Shown here piece after piece: positions 20,611-28,475 of a DNA stretch of 64,000 nt. Each line of letters opens with the position of its first letter. Within the stretch, counting starts at the first letter, position 1. This DNA comes from Candidatus Omnitrophota bacterium (GTDB lineage Bacteria; Omnitrophota; Gorgyraeia; Duberdicusellales; 4484-171), in the NCBI GenBank assembly GCA_003154195.1, contig PMCS01000024.1:64028-128027 (forward strand), read 5' to 3'. Made by a program: the position numbers and the translations under genes. The notes under the pieces are model-generated. The model worked only from the letters and a program-made list of their open reading frames with translations. It was not told the origin of the DNA and made no database searches.

Positions 20611-21243
20611 TTACGCTTCCCCTAATCCTTCGCCGTTATTCGTTTCGCCCGGCGCAATCTCTTCCGTCGGCGAGACACGTTTCTTGACACCGACGATCAC
20701 CTTGGCGGTCCGCAGTACTTTATCTTCCAGGAAATAACCTTTCTGGATCTCGTCGATCACAATATGCTCATTTTCATCTTCCGTTTCGACGCTGGCGGCA
20801 ATTTCATACAAATGGGGGTCGAATTTTTTTCCTTTCGCTTCAATTGTTTTTACCCCGCGTTTTTTTAATATGCCACCGAAGTTATTGTAAGTCATTTCAA
20901 TGCCCTGCGTTATCTTCTCAGCATCGGTATGCTCTTTCGCTATCTTAAGAGCCCGTTCCAGTTCATCCATAATAACCAGGATATCCCTCAACAGCGAACT
21001 TTCGGCAAATTTAATTATTTCTTCTTTTTCGCGTTCCCAGCGCTTACGGACATTTTCAAAATCGGCGCCGAGCCTTAAATATTTATTCCGGAGATCATCG
21101 TATTCTTCCCTGCTGATTTTCGCCTCATTTTTTACGCCGGAGCTTTCCGCCTCTTTTATTTCTTCCGCCGGCGGCGAATTCCGGGCTTCTTGATTCTTTT
21201 CTTCCTTGCGGTTGTTTTTATTGCTTGAGTTATTTTCTTTCAT
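20611..21243 (-). CDS. grpE: nucleotide exchange factor GrpE
   Basis: GrpE core (YLRLGADFENVRKRWERE...); follows hrcA and precedes dnaK. Confidence 0.9.
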   Translation of the reverse strand: MKENNSSNKNNRKEEKNQEARNSPPAEEIKEAESSGVKNEAKISREEYDDLRNKYLRLGADFENVRKRWEREKEEIIKFAESSLLRDILVIMDELERALKIAKEHTDAEKITQGIEMTYNNFGGILKKRGVKTIEAKGKKFDPHLYEIAASVETEDENEHIVIDEIQKGYFLEDKVLRTAKVIVGVKKRVSPTEEIAPGETNNGEGLGEA

Positions 21244-21971
21244 AACTCTCCGACCAGCGATTTAAGTTGATTTTTTATCCCGTAAATGTAAGAAGCGGCT
21301 TTTTCATAATTCATGCGCATCGGCCCAAGTAATCCCAGCGAAAAAGAGATTCCTTGTTCCTTTTCGCCTAACAGCACCAGTGAACAATTCGATATTTCGT
21401 CGCACCCGATCTCGTCGCCGATGAGAATTTTTACATGTTCATCGGCGCAGTGAAAAAGTAGATACTCCAACTCCCCGATTTTTACATCGAGAGCGTAAAA
21501 CAATTGTTTTAGTTTTACGATATCTTCGAACTCCGGCTGTTCCAGCATGAAACGCGCGCCGCGGGAAACAAACCTTTTGTTTTTACCGAAAATTGCCGCC
21601 AGAGAAATGCAGCCGCTTGCTTTCGCCAAGAAATCAAGTGTATCGCTCAATACTTCGTTAAAGCCGCAATTAGCCGGTATGGTAAATTCCACGGGATATT
21701 TATGCACCATTTCTTCTTCTTTCAGGCATTCCACGTAAAGCGTAAAGCCTTTCTGCGTAGGGATCCTGCCGGACGAAGTATGCGGATGAGAAAGATAGTT
21801 TTTTTCTTCGAGTGTTTCCATCACCAGCCTTACCGTTGCCGGAGAATACCCAAGATGGTACTTTTCACACAGGTAATTCGAGCCTATCGGCTTAGATTCT
21901 TCCACATAGCTCTCAATTACAAGTTTGAGTATTTCTTTTTCCCGTTCTTTACTGTCAACAGTTCTCGGCAT
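21240..21971 (-). CDS. hrcA: heat-inducible transcription repressor HrcA (short form)
   Basis: N-terminal winged-helix region typical of HrcA (ILKLVIESYVEESKPIGSNYL); sits at the head of the grpE-dnaK-dnaJ operon with a CIRCE element upstream. Confidence 0.85.
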   Translation of the reverse strand: MPRTVDSKEREKEILKLVIESYVEESKPIGSNYLCEKYHLGYSPATVRLVMETLEEKNYLSHPHTSSGRIPTQKGFTLYVECLKEEEMVHKYPVEFTIPANCGFNEVLSDTLDFLAKASGCISLAAIFGKNKRFVSRGARFMLEQPEFEDIVKLKQLFYALDVKIGELEYLLFHCADEHVKILIGDEIGCDEISNCSLVLLGEKEQGISFSLGLLGPMRMNYEKAASYIYGIKNQLKSLVGEL

Positions 21972-21987
21972 ATTGGCTCTTGTTTTA

Positions 21988-22014
21988 TCAGCGCTCTCGA
22001 TTTAAGAGTGCTAA
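21988..22014. promoter_or_regulatory. CIRCE operator (HrcA binding site) upstream of hrcA
   Basis: TCAGCGCTC-N9-GAGTGCTAA against the consensus TTAGCACTC-N9-GAGTGCTAA: right arm perfect, left arm 7/9, 9-nt spacer; 17-43 nt upstream of the hrcA start. Confidence 0.8.
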
Positions 22015-22242
22015 GTATTGTAACATATTATACTTTCGCGTCAATATCTACCCGGATGCGATAACTTAACGGCAATTAATAAGGGAATTGGGGTATCGGG
22101 AAATTAGGATTTGGATATTAGGGTGTTGGGGGATTTGGCTCTCGGTTATCGCCTCCTTGGCATTTTCCCCAATCTTCCAATTTTCCAATCCCGATATCCC
22201 GATCTCCTGATGTCCCATGCAGCATCCCTATACGTAAATTTA

Positions 22243-22593
22243 TTATAACTCGTCCTGATCCTGCCCGGTTTTTTTTTGCTTACGCAGGTGCCTTTCCACT
22301 TTGTACTTTATTTTTCCCAACTGCCGGGAAAGCGCGGCGAAAGATTGATTTATTGTTTTTGAAAATTTACTTGAACAGCTATCCGCCTTCACTATTCTCG
22401 AAGGCATATACAAATGCGCCCGGCAAAAATATTGCTCACGGTGCGGATTTTTTTCAATATGGACAGACAGGTGCACCGAGTCATTGTCGCGAAACATCTG
22501 TATCCTTCGCTCGATTTTTTCAATGTCTTTATCCAGGATATTATTAATCAATTCGCTTTTTTCCATATACTTGAACGACACATCAACCCGCAT
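22243..22593 (-). CDS. hpf: ribosome hibernation promoting factor / RaiA family protein
   Basis: SVHLSVHIEKNPHRE...RQLGKIKYKVERHLRK aligns to the HPF core (VHV.L..EKN.H ... RQL.K.K.K). Confidence 0.7.
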   Translation of the reverse strand: MRVDVSFKYMEKSELINNILDKDIEKIERRIQMFRDNDSVHLSVHIEKNPHREQYFCRAHLYMPSRIVKADSCSSKFSKTINQSFAALSRQLGKIKYKVERHLRKQKKTGQDQDEL

Positions 22594-22610
22594 GTTACCC
22601 CCCTCTTTTT

Positions 22611-22639
22611 TTGCCGCAAAAGCACCAAGACACTAAAAT
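22611..22639 (+). promoter_or_regulatory. sigma-70-like promoter (TTGCCG-17 nt-TAAAAT) embedded in a repeat family
   Basis: -35 TTGCCG, 17-nt spacer caaaagcaccaagacac, -10 TAAAAT on the plus strand. The same spacer sequence recurs at 58139-58167. Confidence 0.4.
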
Positions 22640-22878
22640 TATAGAATCACAATGAAATTACCGACAACTAAACTGTTGCCCTTTTCGGCAATGAAATCTC
22701 TCACTTTAGCTGTTAATTCTACCTCGATTTTTTTATCTTTCAACCTTTCTCTTAACTGCTCCGGCTGGATGCCGGCAATCGCAGAGATCTGTTCCAAATC
22801 CAGAGAGTTGAATAAAATAATCTCATTGAGCCGGTTGATGAATTCCGACCGGAAGTATTTTTTTATTTCTTCCCTCAA
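22639..22878 (-). pseudogene. clpB fragment (C-terminal D2-small domain only), 5'- and 3'-truncated
   Basis: REEIKKYFRSEFINRLNEIILFNSLDLEQISAIAGIQPEQLRERLKDKKIEVELTAKVRDFIAEKG is closely similar to ClpB RPEFINRIDEVVVFHPL...ELTDEAKDFLAEKGYDP. The ORF starts at TTG with an in-frame stop three codons upstream, and no AAA+ modules are adjacent. Confidence 0.7.
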
Positions 22879-22933
22879 TGGTGATTATTCTTTTTTCCTA
22901 TGGTATAATCGAAATTGAGAGGGTACACCTTAT

Positions 22934-23368
22934 ATGAGAAAACTCGATAAATCGATGTGGGAAACCGGAGATGAGGTAAAGCAGGATGGCGTACTGCCGA
23001 ATGTCGTCGCGGTAGACGTCAATAAAAAATATATCCTTATCACCTGTTCCCTTCTTTTAGTATTAATCATTCTGCTGGCTATTTTCGGCCAAAAAATTTT
23101 CCGGCTGCCGCTTACCAAACGCGCGCCCAGGGAAAACCAGTCCGATTCCCCGCAGCCGGCGGTGGAAGAACCATGGTGGAAAAAAAATCCACGGGACTTG
23201 GGGCAAGATACCTGGGAAAAAAGCCGATATCGTCTCCCGACAAATGACCCCGGCGAAAAAATGATCCGTGGTTTAGACAGGCAAATCCAAGAAGAAAAAG
23301 ATTTAGAAAATAGGATGAAAGCAAAAGAACAAATGGATCGCCTGAAAGAACAAAGACAGAAGTGGTAA
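22934..23368 (+). CDS. hypothetical protein with one TM and a C-terminal coiled coil
   Basis: 144 aa; TM ILITCSLLLVLIILLAIF; Pro-rich segment; KEQMDRLKEQRQKW tail. Confidence 0.3.
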   Translation: MRKLDKSMWETGDEVKQDGVLPNVVAVDVNKKYILITCSLLLVLIILLAIFGQKIFRLPLTKRAPRENQSDSPQPAVEEPWWKKNPRDLGQDTWEKSRYRLPTNDPGEKMIRGLDRQIQEEKDLENRMKAKEQMDRLKEQRQKW

Positions 23369-23478
23369 TCGGAAAATTACCGATGACATAACCATCCTTA
23401 CAGTTGGCAAGCTCCCGTGTAATTAGAAATCAAAAAAAGATACGCGAAATCAACCCCGGAAACAAAAGCGCCCGCCTC

Positions 23479-25356
23479 TTACTCTCTTTTAATAACTACG
23501 CTTTCGTCCATCGCGCGTTCGATATTCAGAAGTGAAATTTTAAAGCCGGCGTATCCCGCGGCCGGTATCGTCGTTTCTTTAAAATGATACCGGACATCTT
23601 GCCTGACCACTCGGTCGTCGACCTTGTATCGAACGGTTACGCTTACGCGGGGCGACGATAAATTCAAATCCGGCGGCAGATATTCTACCCTAAATCCCTT
23701 AGGGATAATATATTCGTTTATACAAATTTCTTTCCATTCCCCATAAAGCCGCAGGGGGTATTTACGATTTTTATCGTTAAACGAGCCGGTCAGGTTTACC
23801 GCGGTATTTCCCAGAATCATTATTTTACCTAACGGTTTAAGATAACGCGGGTTGAATGATTTCGAGACAATAACAATCGGCTCGTATTCGTTATTTTTTC
23901 CTTTTATTTTATATTTTATGAGTTTTCCTCCCTGGGTCATGTTTTCTATACGGTCAAAAAAATCTTTTTTTGATTTCCGGCTGGCAAGCTTAAAGTACTC
24001 ACGTATTTCAATCGAAGCCCGGCGGTCAAGGATTTCTTTCCCTTTTATTATCGCGGAGCCGTCAGGTTTTAAATAAAAATGATTTACTTCAATATTTGTT
24101 TTTTGCGCGATATTCATAAAGGGAAGCTGGATGATCCGCCCCCCCTTTGCGTTGACAATCAAAACATATTCTTTTTCCAGGTTTGCCGGGATTTCGTTGG
24201 GCTTATACCCTTTTACCAGCGGATCGACAAAAAATAATTTATTGCCGATTTTAACCGCCGCGATGAGATGATAGAAATAATCCGTTGACGGCAATAATTG
24301 ACGGATATCGCCCTGTTCGGATTGGTGTACTAAAGCCGGGTACACTTCGATGCCGGCTTGCTTAAGCATGGTAATGAGCAAAACCGTATAGTCTTTACAA
24401 TCGCCCAGTTTATCGTTGAACACCTCATCCGCCGGGTGAGGCTGAAAATCGTGATCGTCTAAATTCATCGCGACATAACGGAAATTATCGTGGATATATT
24501 TTGAAATCGCCATAATTTTAGCCGTCGCCGTGGTTTTATTTTTTGTGATTTTTTTTACGGTTTCGTCGATTGCTTTGCTGATTATAATATTGCCAGAAAA
24601 TTTTTCTCCATACCAGCGCGCGAATTGATCCCAGTCTTTCATGGTAGAAATACTCAAGAAAGGCAAGCATTCGATCAAAGGAGGGAGATTTTCTTCCCGG
24701 CTGAGCTTCTCGTCATAAAGTTGGTCGTCTTTGAATTCCCAGCGGTAAACAACCTTTTTACCGTTTCGGGTAATAACCGGCTCAGGCGGGTTGTTTATCG
24801 GTTTAAAGAAAAGTTTTAAATCCTGCGGCACGGCCAATTCCTCAACCGTATGTTTTTGCGGCGCGGCCGCATAAAAAGCAAGTAAGTCGGAGTATTCGCC
24901 GGAAACCGGCCCGTAACGGTTGAATTTTTCGGCATAGAAATAAATGGTGCACCCGGGAATAACATTGTTCATGGTAATAATTTTTTTCCGATAATCCGAA
25001 TATTCTCCTTCTTTTGACGTTCCGATATCCTGGATGATTTTAGGAAAATATTTTTCCCCGTCGGCAGTCACCAGATACGCTTCAATCTTTTTTATTACCT
25101 GCCTTTTTTTGTTATAGCCGACGGCGATTTCGCCGTAGCCTTTCGCGTTTTCCTTCTGGATGCGTTTTATCCAGCGCATGGATTTTGTGTATGAACCGCC
25201 CTTGTTTAATTCTGTCGCCGATGAGGAATAGACGACGATCGCGGCTTCATCGCGGTGCTTTTCATCCCAGGCGTCGCGGCTGTCGCCATGATTTTGCGCG
25301 TAAGCGTTAAAAACCAGTAAATTAAATATGGCAAAGGCGATAAAATTTTTTCTCAT
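23479..25356 (-). CDS. secreted transglutaminase-like domain protein (DUF3857-type N-domain)
   Basis: Signal peptide MRKNFIAFAIFNLLVFNAYA; transglutaminase core KLGDCKDYTVLLITMLKQAGIEV (Cys nucleophile). Confidence 0.6.
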   Translation of the reverse strand: MRKNFIAFAIFNLLVFNAYAQNHGDSRDAWDEKHRDEAAIVVYSSSATELNKGGSYTKSMRWIKRIQKENAKGYGEIAVGYNKKRQVIKKIEAYLVTADGEKYFPKIIQDIGTSKEGEYSDYRKKIITMNNVIPGCTIYFYAEKFNRYGPVSGEYSDLLAFYAAAPQKHTVEELAVPQDLKLFFKPINNPPEPVITRNGKKVVYRWEFKDDQLYDEKLSREENLPPLIECLPFLSISTMKDWDQFARWYGEKFSGNIIISKAIDETVKKITKNKTTATAKIMAISKYIHDNFRYVAMNLDDHDFQPHPADEVFNDKLGDCKDYTVLLITMLKQAGIEVYPALVHQSEQGDIRQLLPSTDYFYHLIAAVKIGNKLFFVDPLVKGYKPNEIPANLEKEYVLIVNAKGGRIIQLPFMNIAQKTNIEVNHFYLKPDGSAIIKGKEILDRRASIEIREYFKLASRKSKKDFFDRIENMTQGGKLIKYKIKGKNNEYEPIVIVSKSFNPRYLKPLGKIMILGNTAVNLTGSFNDKNRKYPLRLYGEWKEICINEYIIPKGFRVEYLPPDLNLSSPRVSVTVRYKVDDRVVRQDVRYHFKETTIPAAGYAGFKISLLNIERAMDESVVIKRE

Positions 25357-26099
25357 AGCGTTTTTTTACGCGCGAACACTTTAGCCGCTAACTCTTCCTG
25401 TTTCATCATAGCATAAGACCCCGATCCCAATTCCCCAATGCCTAAACCGCCGATGCGTATACGCTTTAATTCGACGACGCCAAAGCCCAGGCCGGAGAAA
25501 AGGCGGCGCAAATGCCGTTTTTTTCCTTCGGCGGTTACGACTTTCAGAAGGCTGGTTTTTTCATTATGTTCCAGCACTTTGATACGCCTGACCTTCAGGT
25601 TATCGCCATCATCCTCCACCCCCCTGCGCGCTTTTTCACATTCCCCGGCGCCGAAATCACCGATTACCCGGACAAGATATTCTTTTTCGATCTCAAATTT
25701 AGGATGGGTGAGCCGATAGCAGAAATCTCCGTCATTAGTCATGATTATCAGCCCGGTGGAATTTTTATCCAGCCGCCCCACCGGATAAATCCCCTGTTCC
25801 CGGAGGTCCGGCGGAAAAAAATCGACGATCAATTTTTCCGCGAACCGGTCTTCCCGCGTCGAAGTCACGCCTTTAGGTTTATTAAAAATAAGGTACACGT
25901 GATTCTTCAGCTGGATTGTTTTCGCTTCGACCTTCACGATATCTGTTTCCGATACGCGGTAATACGGCTGGACAACTACCTGCCCGTTAACGCTGACTTT
26001 GCCGCCGGCGATCAGTTCGTCGGCTTTCCGGCGCGAGGCAATGCCGCTTTTGGCGACATAAAGGCTGAGGCGGATGACAGGTTCGGTAGGATTGCTCAT
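25353..26099 (-). CDS. RsuA/RluB-family pseudouridine synthase with N-terminal S4 domain
   Basis: S4 motif (RLSLYVAKSGIASRRKADELIAGGKVSVNG) and catalytic GRLDKNSTGLIIMTNDG. Confidence 0.8.
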   Translation of the reverse strand: MSNPTEPVIRLSLYVAKSGIASRRKADELIAGGKVSVNGQVVVQPYYRVSETDIVKVEAKTIQLKNHVYLIFNKPKGVTSTREDRFAEKLIVDFFPPDLREQGIYPVGRLDKNSTGLIIMTNDGDFCYRLTHPKFEIEKEYLVRVIGDFGAGECEKARRGVEDDGDNLKVRRIKVLEHNEKTSLLKVVTAEGKKRHLRRLFSGLGFGVVELKRIRIGGLGIGELGSGSYAMMKQEELAAKVFARKKTL

Positions 26100-26200
26100 T
26101 AAAAATATTTTACCACGAAGGCGCGAAGAACACGAATAAAAACAAATACTTTTTATCCACAGATTTCGCTGACTGCCGCAGATGAATACAAAGGATAACG

Positions 26201-26665
26201 CTAATCATGCGAATGGCAAAAAATACAGATAAGGTCTTCACCACGAATTAACACGGATAAGATATGGTATAAGAAACTGAAAAACACTAACATCATTCGA
26301 CAAGACCGCCGCCTGCCCGCCGTCTTTTGTTTTTGGCGGGAACCGCCTGCGCGCAAATCAGGCCGCGGTTCAGGTCGGCTGGATTTGATGGTTATGCACT
26401 TGATATTTTCCTCGTCTTCTGCCCAGGCAGCGGGATTATTGGTAATGTATTCACGGATTTTCCGCAGAGATTTTTCGTTTCTAATTATGTGGTCATAAAA
26501 CGAGCGCTGCCATTTGAATTTATGGCCATTGTCCGTTATTTTATTGATTTCCCCGAACCATTCGTGTTTATTTTCGGTGCAGGCGGTGACGTAATAGTGA
26601 TTTGATCGGGTATAATTGTATCCCGATAAACATATATTCGTTTTGCGTGTTAATATTTTTGTCAT
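26201..26665 (-). CDS. REP-associated tyrosine transposase (RAYT)/IS200-like protein, apparently N-terminally truncated or degenerate
   Basis: KWQRSFYDHIIRNEKSLRKIREYITNNPAAW matches the RAYT C-terminal core (E. coli YafM: IWQRRFWEHLIRDEGDFERHLDYIHFNP). The upstream part is short and shows NHYY in place of the HuH motif. The long low-complexity tail is probably read-through. Confidence 0.5.
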   Translation of the reverse strand: MTKILTRKTNICLSGYNYTRSNHYYVTACTENKHEWFGEINKITDNGHKFKWQRSFYDHIIRNEKSLRKIREYITNNPAAWAEDEENIKCITIKSSRPEPRPDLRAGGSRQKQKTAGRRRSCRMMLVFFSFLYHILSVLIRGEDLICIFCHSHD

Positions 26666-26687
26666 TTTTTATTTGGTATTTGGTATC

Positions 26688-26708
26688 GGACAGGCCTTAG
26701 GCCTGTCA
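26688..26708. repeat. perfect hairpin GGACAGGCC-TTA-GGCCTGTC adjacent to the RAYT-like gene start
   Basis: Read directly; about 20 nt upstream of the ORF start at 26665. Confidence 0.6.
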
Positions 26709-26935
26709 CTACACATTTTTTATTTTTGGAATTTATTTATTTTTTGCATAACAATTAATATACGACAGTCGTATATCATGGGGTTTTTGTCAAGATTATG
26801 GGAATCGGATATAAAATAACATTTTTCCCGGAGTTTCAGGAATTTCTTCGCTTCTGAAGCGTTTCCCATAAGGCAGGGGGCGTTACCGCAAAAAGGTACA
26901 TATAGACGGGTGAAATGGCCGCGGGGTTCCTGTTT

Positions 26936-28303
26936 CTATGTTTTGCTAATTGAGCCGAAGACTTTCTCCTTTTTTATTTCTTCAATGGTTACCGGATAAA
27001 TCTTCCCCAACTCTACCTTCGCTTTAGTATATACCTTAATATAATTTTGCGTATAGCCGCAGGTATAGCCCCCGTCGGTTTCTTCCGCCACCATCGCCAA
27101 TTCTTTCCCGATAAACTTTTTATAATATTCATCGGCTAAATTCCGGCAGAGCCCGTTTAAAACGGTGAAGCGTTTTTTAAGTTCGTCCCGGTTTTTAACG
27201 ACGGTTTTTTCGTAAGCGGTTTTCTCGCGCGGGGAAAAAGTAAAAATATGCGTCCGCATCGGTTTGACACGCTTGATGAATTCTACGGTATTTCTAAATT
27301 CTTTTTCCCCTTCCGCAGGAAAACCGATAAGGATGTCGCAGGTTATCGCGATATCGGAATCGACCACGCGCGCCGCGTTTACTAAATTTTCGTACAAGGC
27401 AACAGTTTCTTTTTTATTCATCGCGTTCAACACCCGGTCGTCTCCCGATTGAAACGGAAGATGCAAATGCGGGCATAATTTCGGATGGCGGAACAACGAA
27501 AGAAGGCCGTCGGTTACCAGCCCCGGTTCAAGAGAGGTCAGGCGCAACCTCCCTAAATCAGGAATTTTTAAGATTTCGCGCGTTAATCCCCCCAGAGATG
27601 ACCGGGGCAAGAGGTCTTTTCCGTAAAGCGCCAGGTTTACCCCACAAAGGACGATTTCCCGGTGTTTTGAGGCAAGGCGGCGCGCCTCTTCGATTACCTC
27701 ATCGTATGGCCGGCTTATCGAGCGGCCGCGGATATGGGGAACCTTGCAAAAAGAGCAAAAATTATCGCAGCCGTCCTGGATTTTTAAAAAAGCGCGCTGG
27801 TTGAAAAACCCGGATATTTTTAACGACCAGATGTTTGACGATACCGTTGAGCCCGTTTGGCCCGTTAAGCCCGTTGAGACTGTTGGGTCCGTTTTGCCTG
27901 TTGAGCCGGTCCCCTTAGGGGAGGCTCCGCTTCGCTCCGCACTTTGGCCGATTATACCCGTTGAATTAGTTTTTTTATCCGTTCCTAAAATAATATTCGC
28001 AAGGTTGTATTTCTCGGCCTGAGGGACGATCCAGTCGACGCCCAATTTCGCTACGTAGTCCTTGTTCAGTTGGGCGAGGCAGCCGCAAACCGCGATTTGA
28101 GCCTTGGAGTTTTCTTTTTTTGCCCTTAAAATCAACTCGCGGGATTTGGAATCGGCTTTAGCGGTGACGCTGCAGGTATTAATAACGTAAAGATCGGCCT
28201 TACCCTGCGTAGTTTCACAGCCGTAACTGCGGAAATCTTCCGCCAGCGCTTGCGTTTCGTACTGGTTGACCTTACAGCCGAGCGTGTAAAATTTTACTTT
28301 CAT
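26936..28303 (-). CDS. MiaB/MtaB-family tRNA methylthiotransferase (radical SAM) carrying a repeat-derived in-frame insertion
   Basis: MTTase N-domain MKVKFYTLGCKVNQYETQ; radical SAM CDNFCSFC; C-terminal TRAM-like domain. An extra Gly/Ser/Thr-rich segment of about 40 aa (SAERSGASPKGTGSTGKTDPTVSTGLTGQTGSTVSSN) sits between the N-domain and the radical SAM core. Confidence 0.85.
   Translation of the reverse strand: MKVKFYTLGCKVNQYETQALAEDFRSYGCETTQGKADLYVINTCSVTAKADSKSRELILRAKKENSKAQIAVCGCLAQLNKDYVAKLGVDWIVPQAEKYNLANIILGTDKKTNSTGIIGQSAERSGASPKGTGSTGKTDPTVSTGLTGQTGSTVSSNIWSLKISGFFNQRAFLKIQDGCDNFCSFCKVPHIRGRSISRPYDEVIEEARRLASKHREIVLCGVNLALYGKDLLPRSSLGGLTREILKIPDLGRLRLTSLEPGLVTDGLLSLFRHPKLCPHLHLPFQSGDDRVLNAMNKKETVALYENLVNAARVVDSDIAITCDILIGFPAEGEKEFRNTVEFIKRVKPMRTHIFTFSPREKTAYEKTVVKNRDELKKRFTVLNGLCRNLADEYYKKFIGKELAMVAEETDGGYTCGYTQNYIKVYTKAKVELGKIYPVTIEEIKKEKVFGSISKT
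27844..27915. repeat. CCGTTNAGC-type short-period repeat inside the MiaB-like CDS; member of an intergenic repeat family
   Basis: ccgttgagcccgtttggcccgttaagcccgttgagactgttgggtccgttttgcctgttgagccggtcc. Related elements at 29206-29317 and 63607-63765. Confidence 0.6.
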
Positions 28304-28335
28304 ATTATTTTTTTACTTCGTAAAAAAATAACTGC

Positions 28336-28352
28336 TATCCGCTTCGCGGATA
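28336..28352. terminator. REP-like palindrome TATCCGCTTCGCGGATA flanked by A/T runs (likely bidirectional intrinsic terminator)
   Basis: Read directly; member of the ATCCGCTTCGCGGAT family (also 30919, 35715-35820, 39419, 40034-40140, 59247, 63353). Confidence 0.55.
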
Positions 28353-28475
28353 AAAAAACAAACAGGGTTAATATAACTAAAATATTATAACTCGAAATCA
28401 TCTCGGAAGTATTTTTTCTCTCTTCTTGTCTACCGCAAGCAGGCCGGAAAGTTGAATTCGGACGTGAGGACGAAT

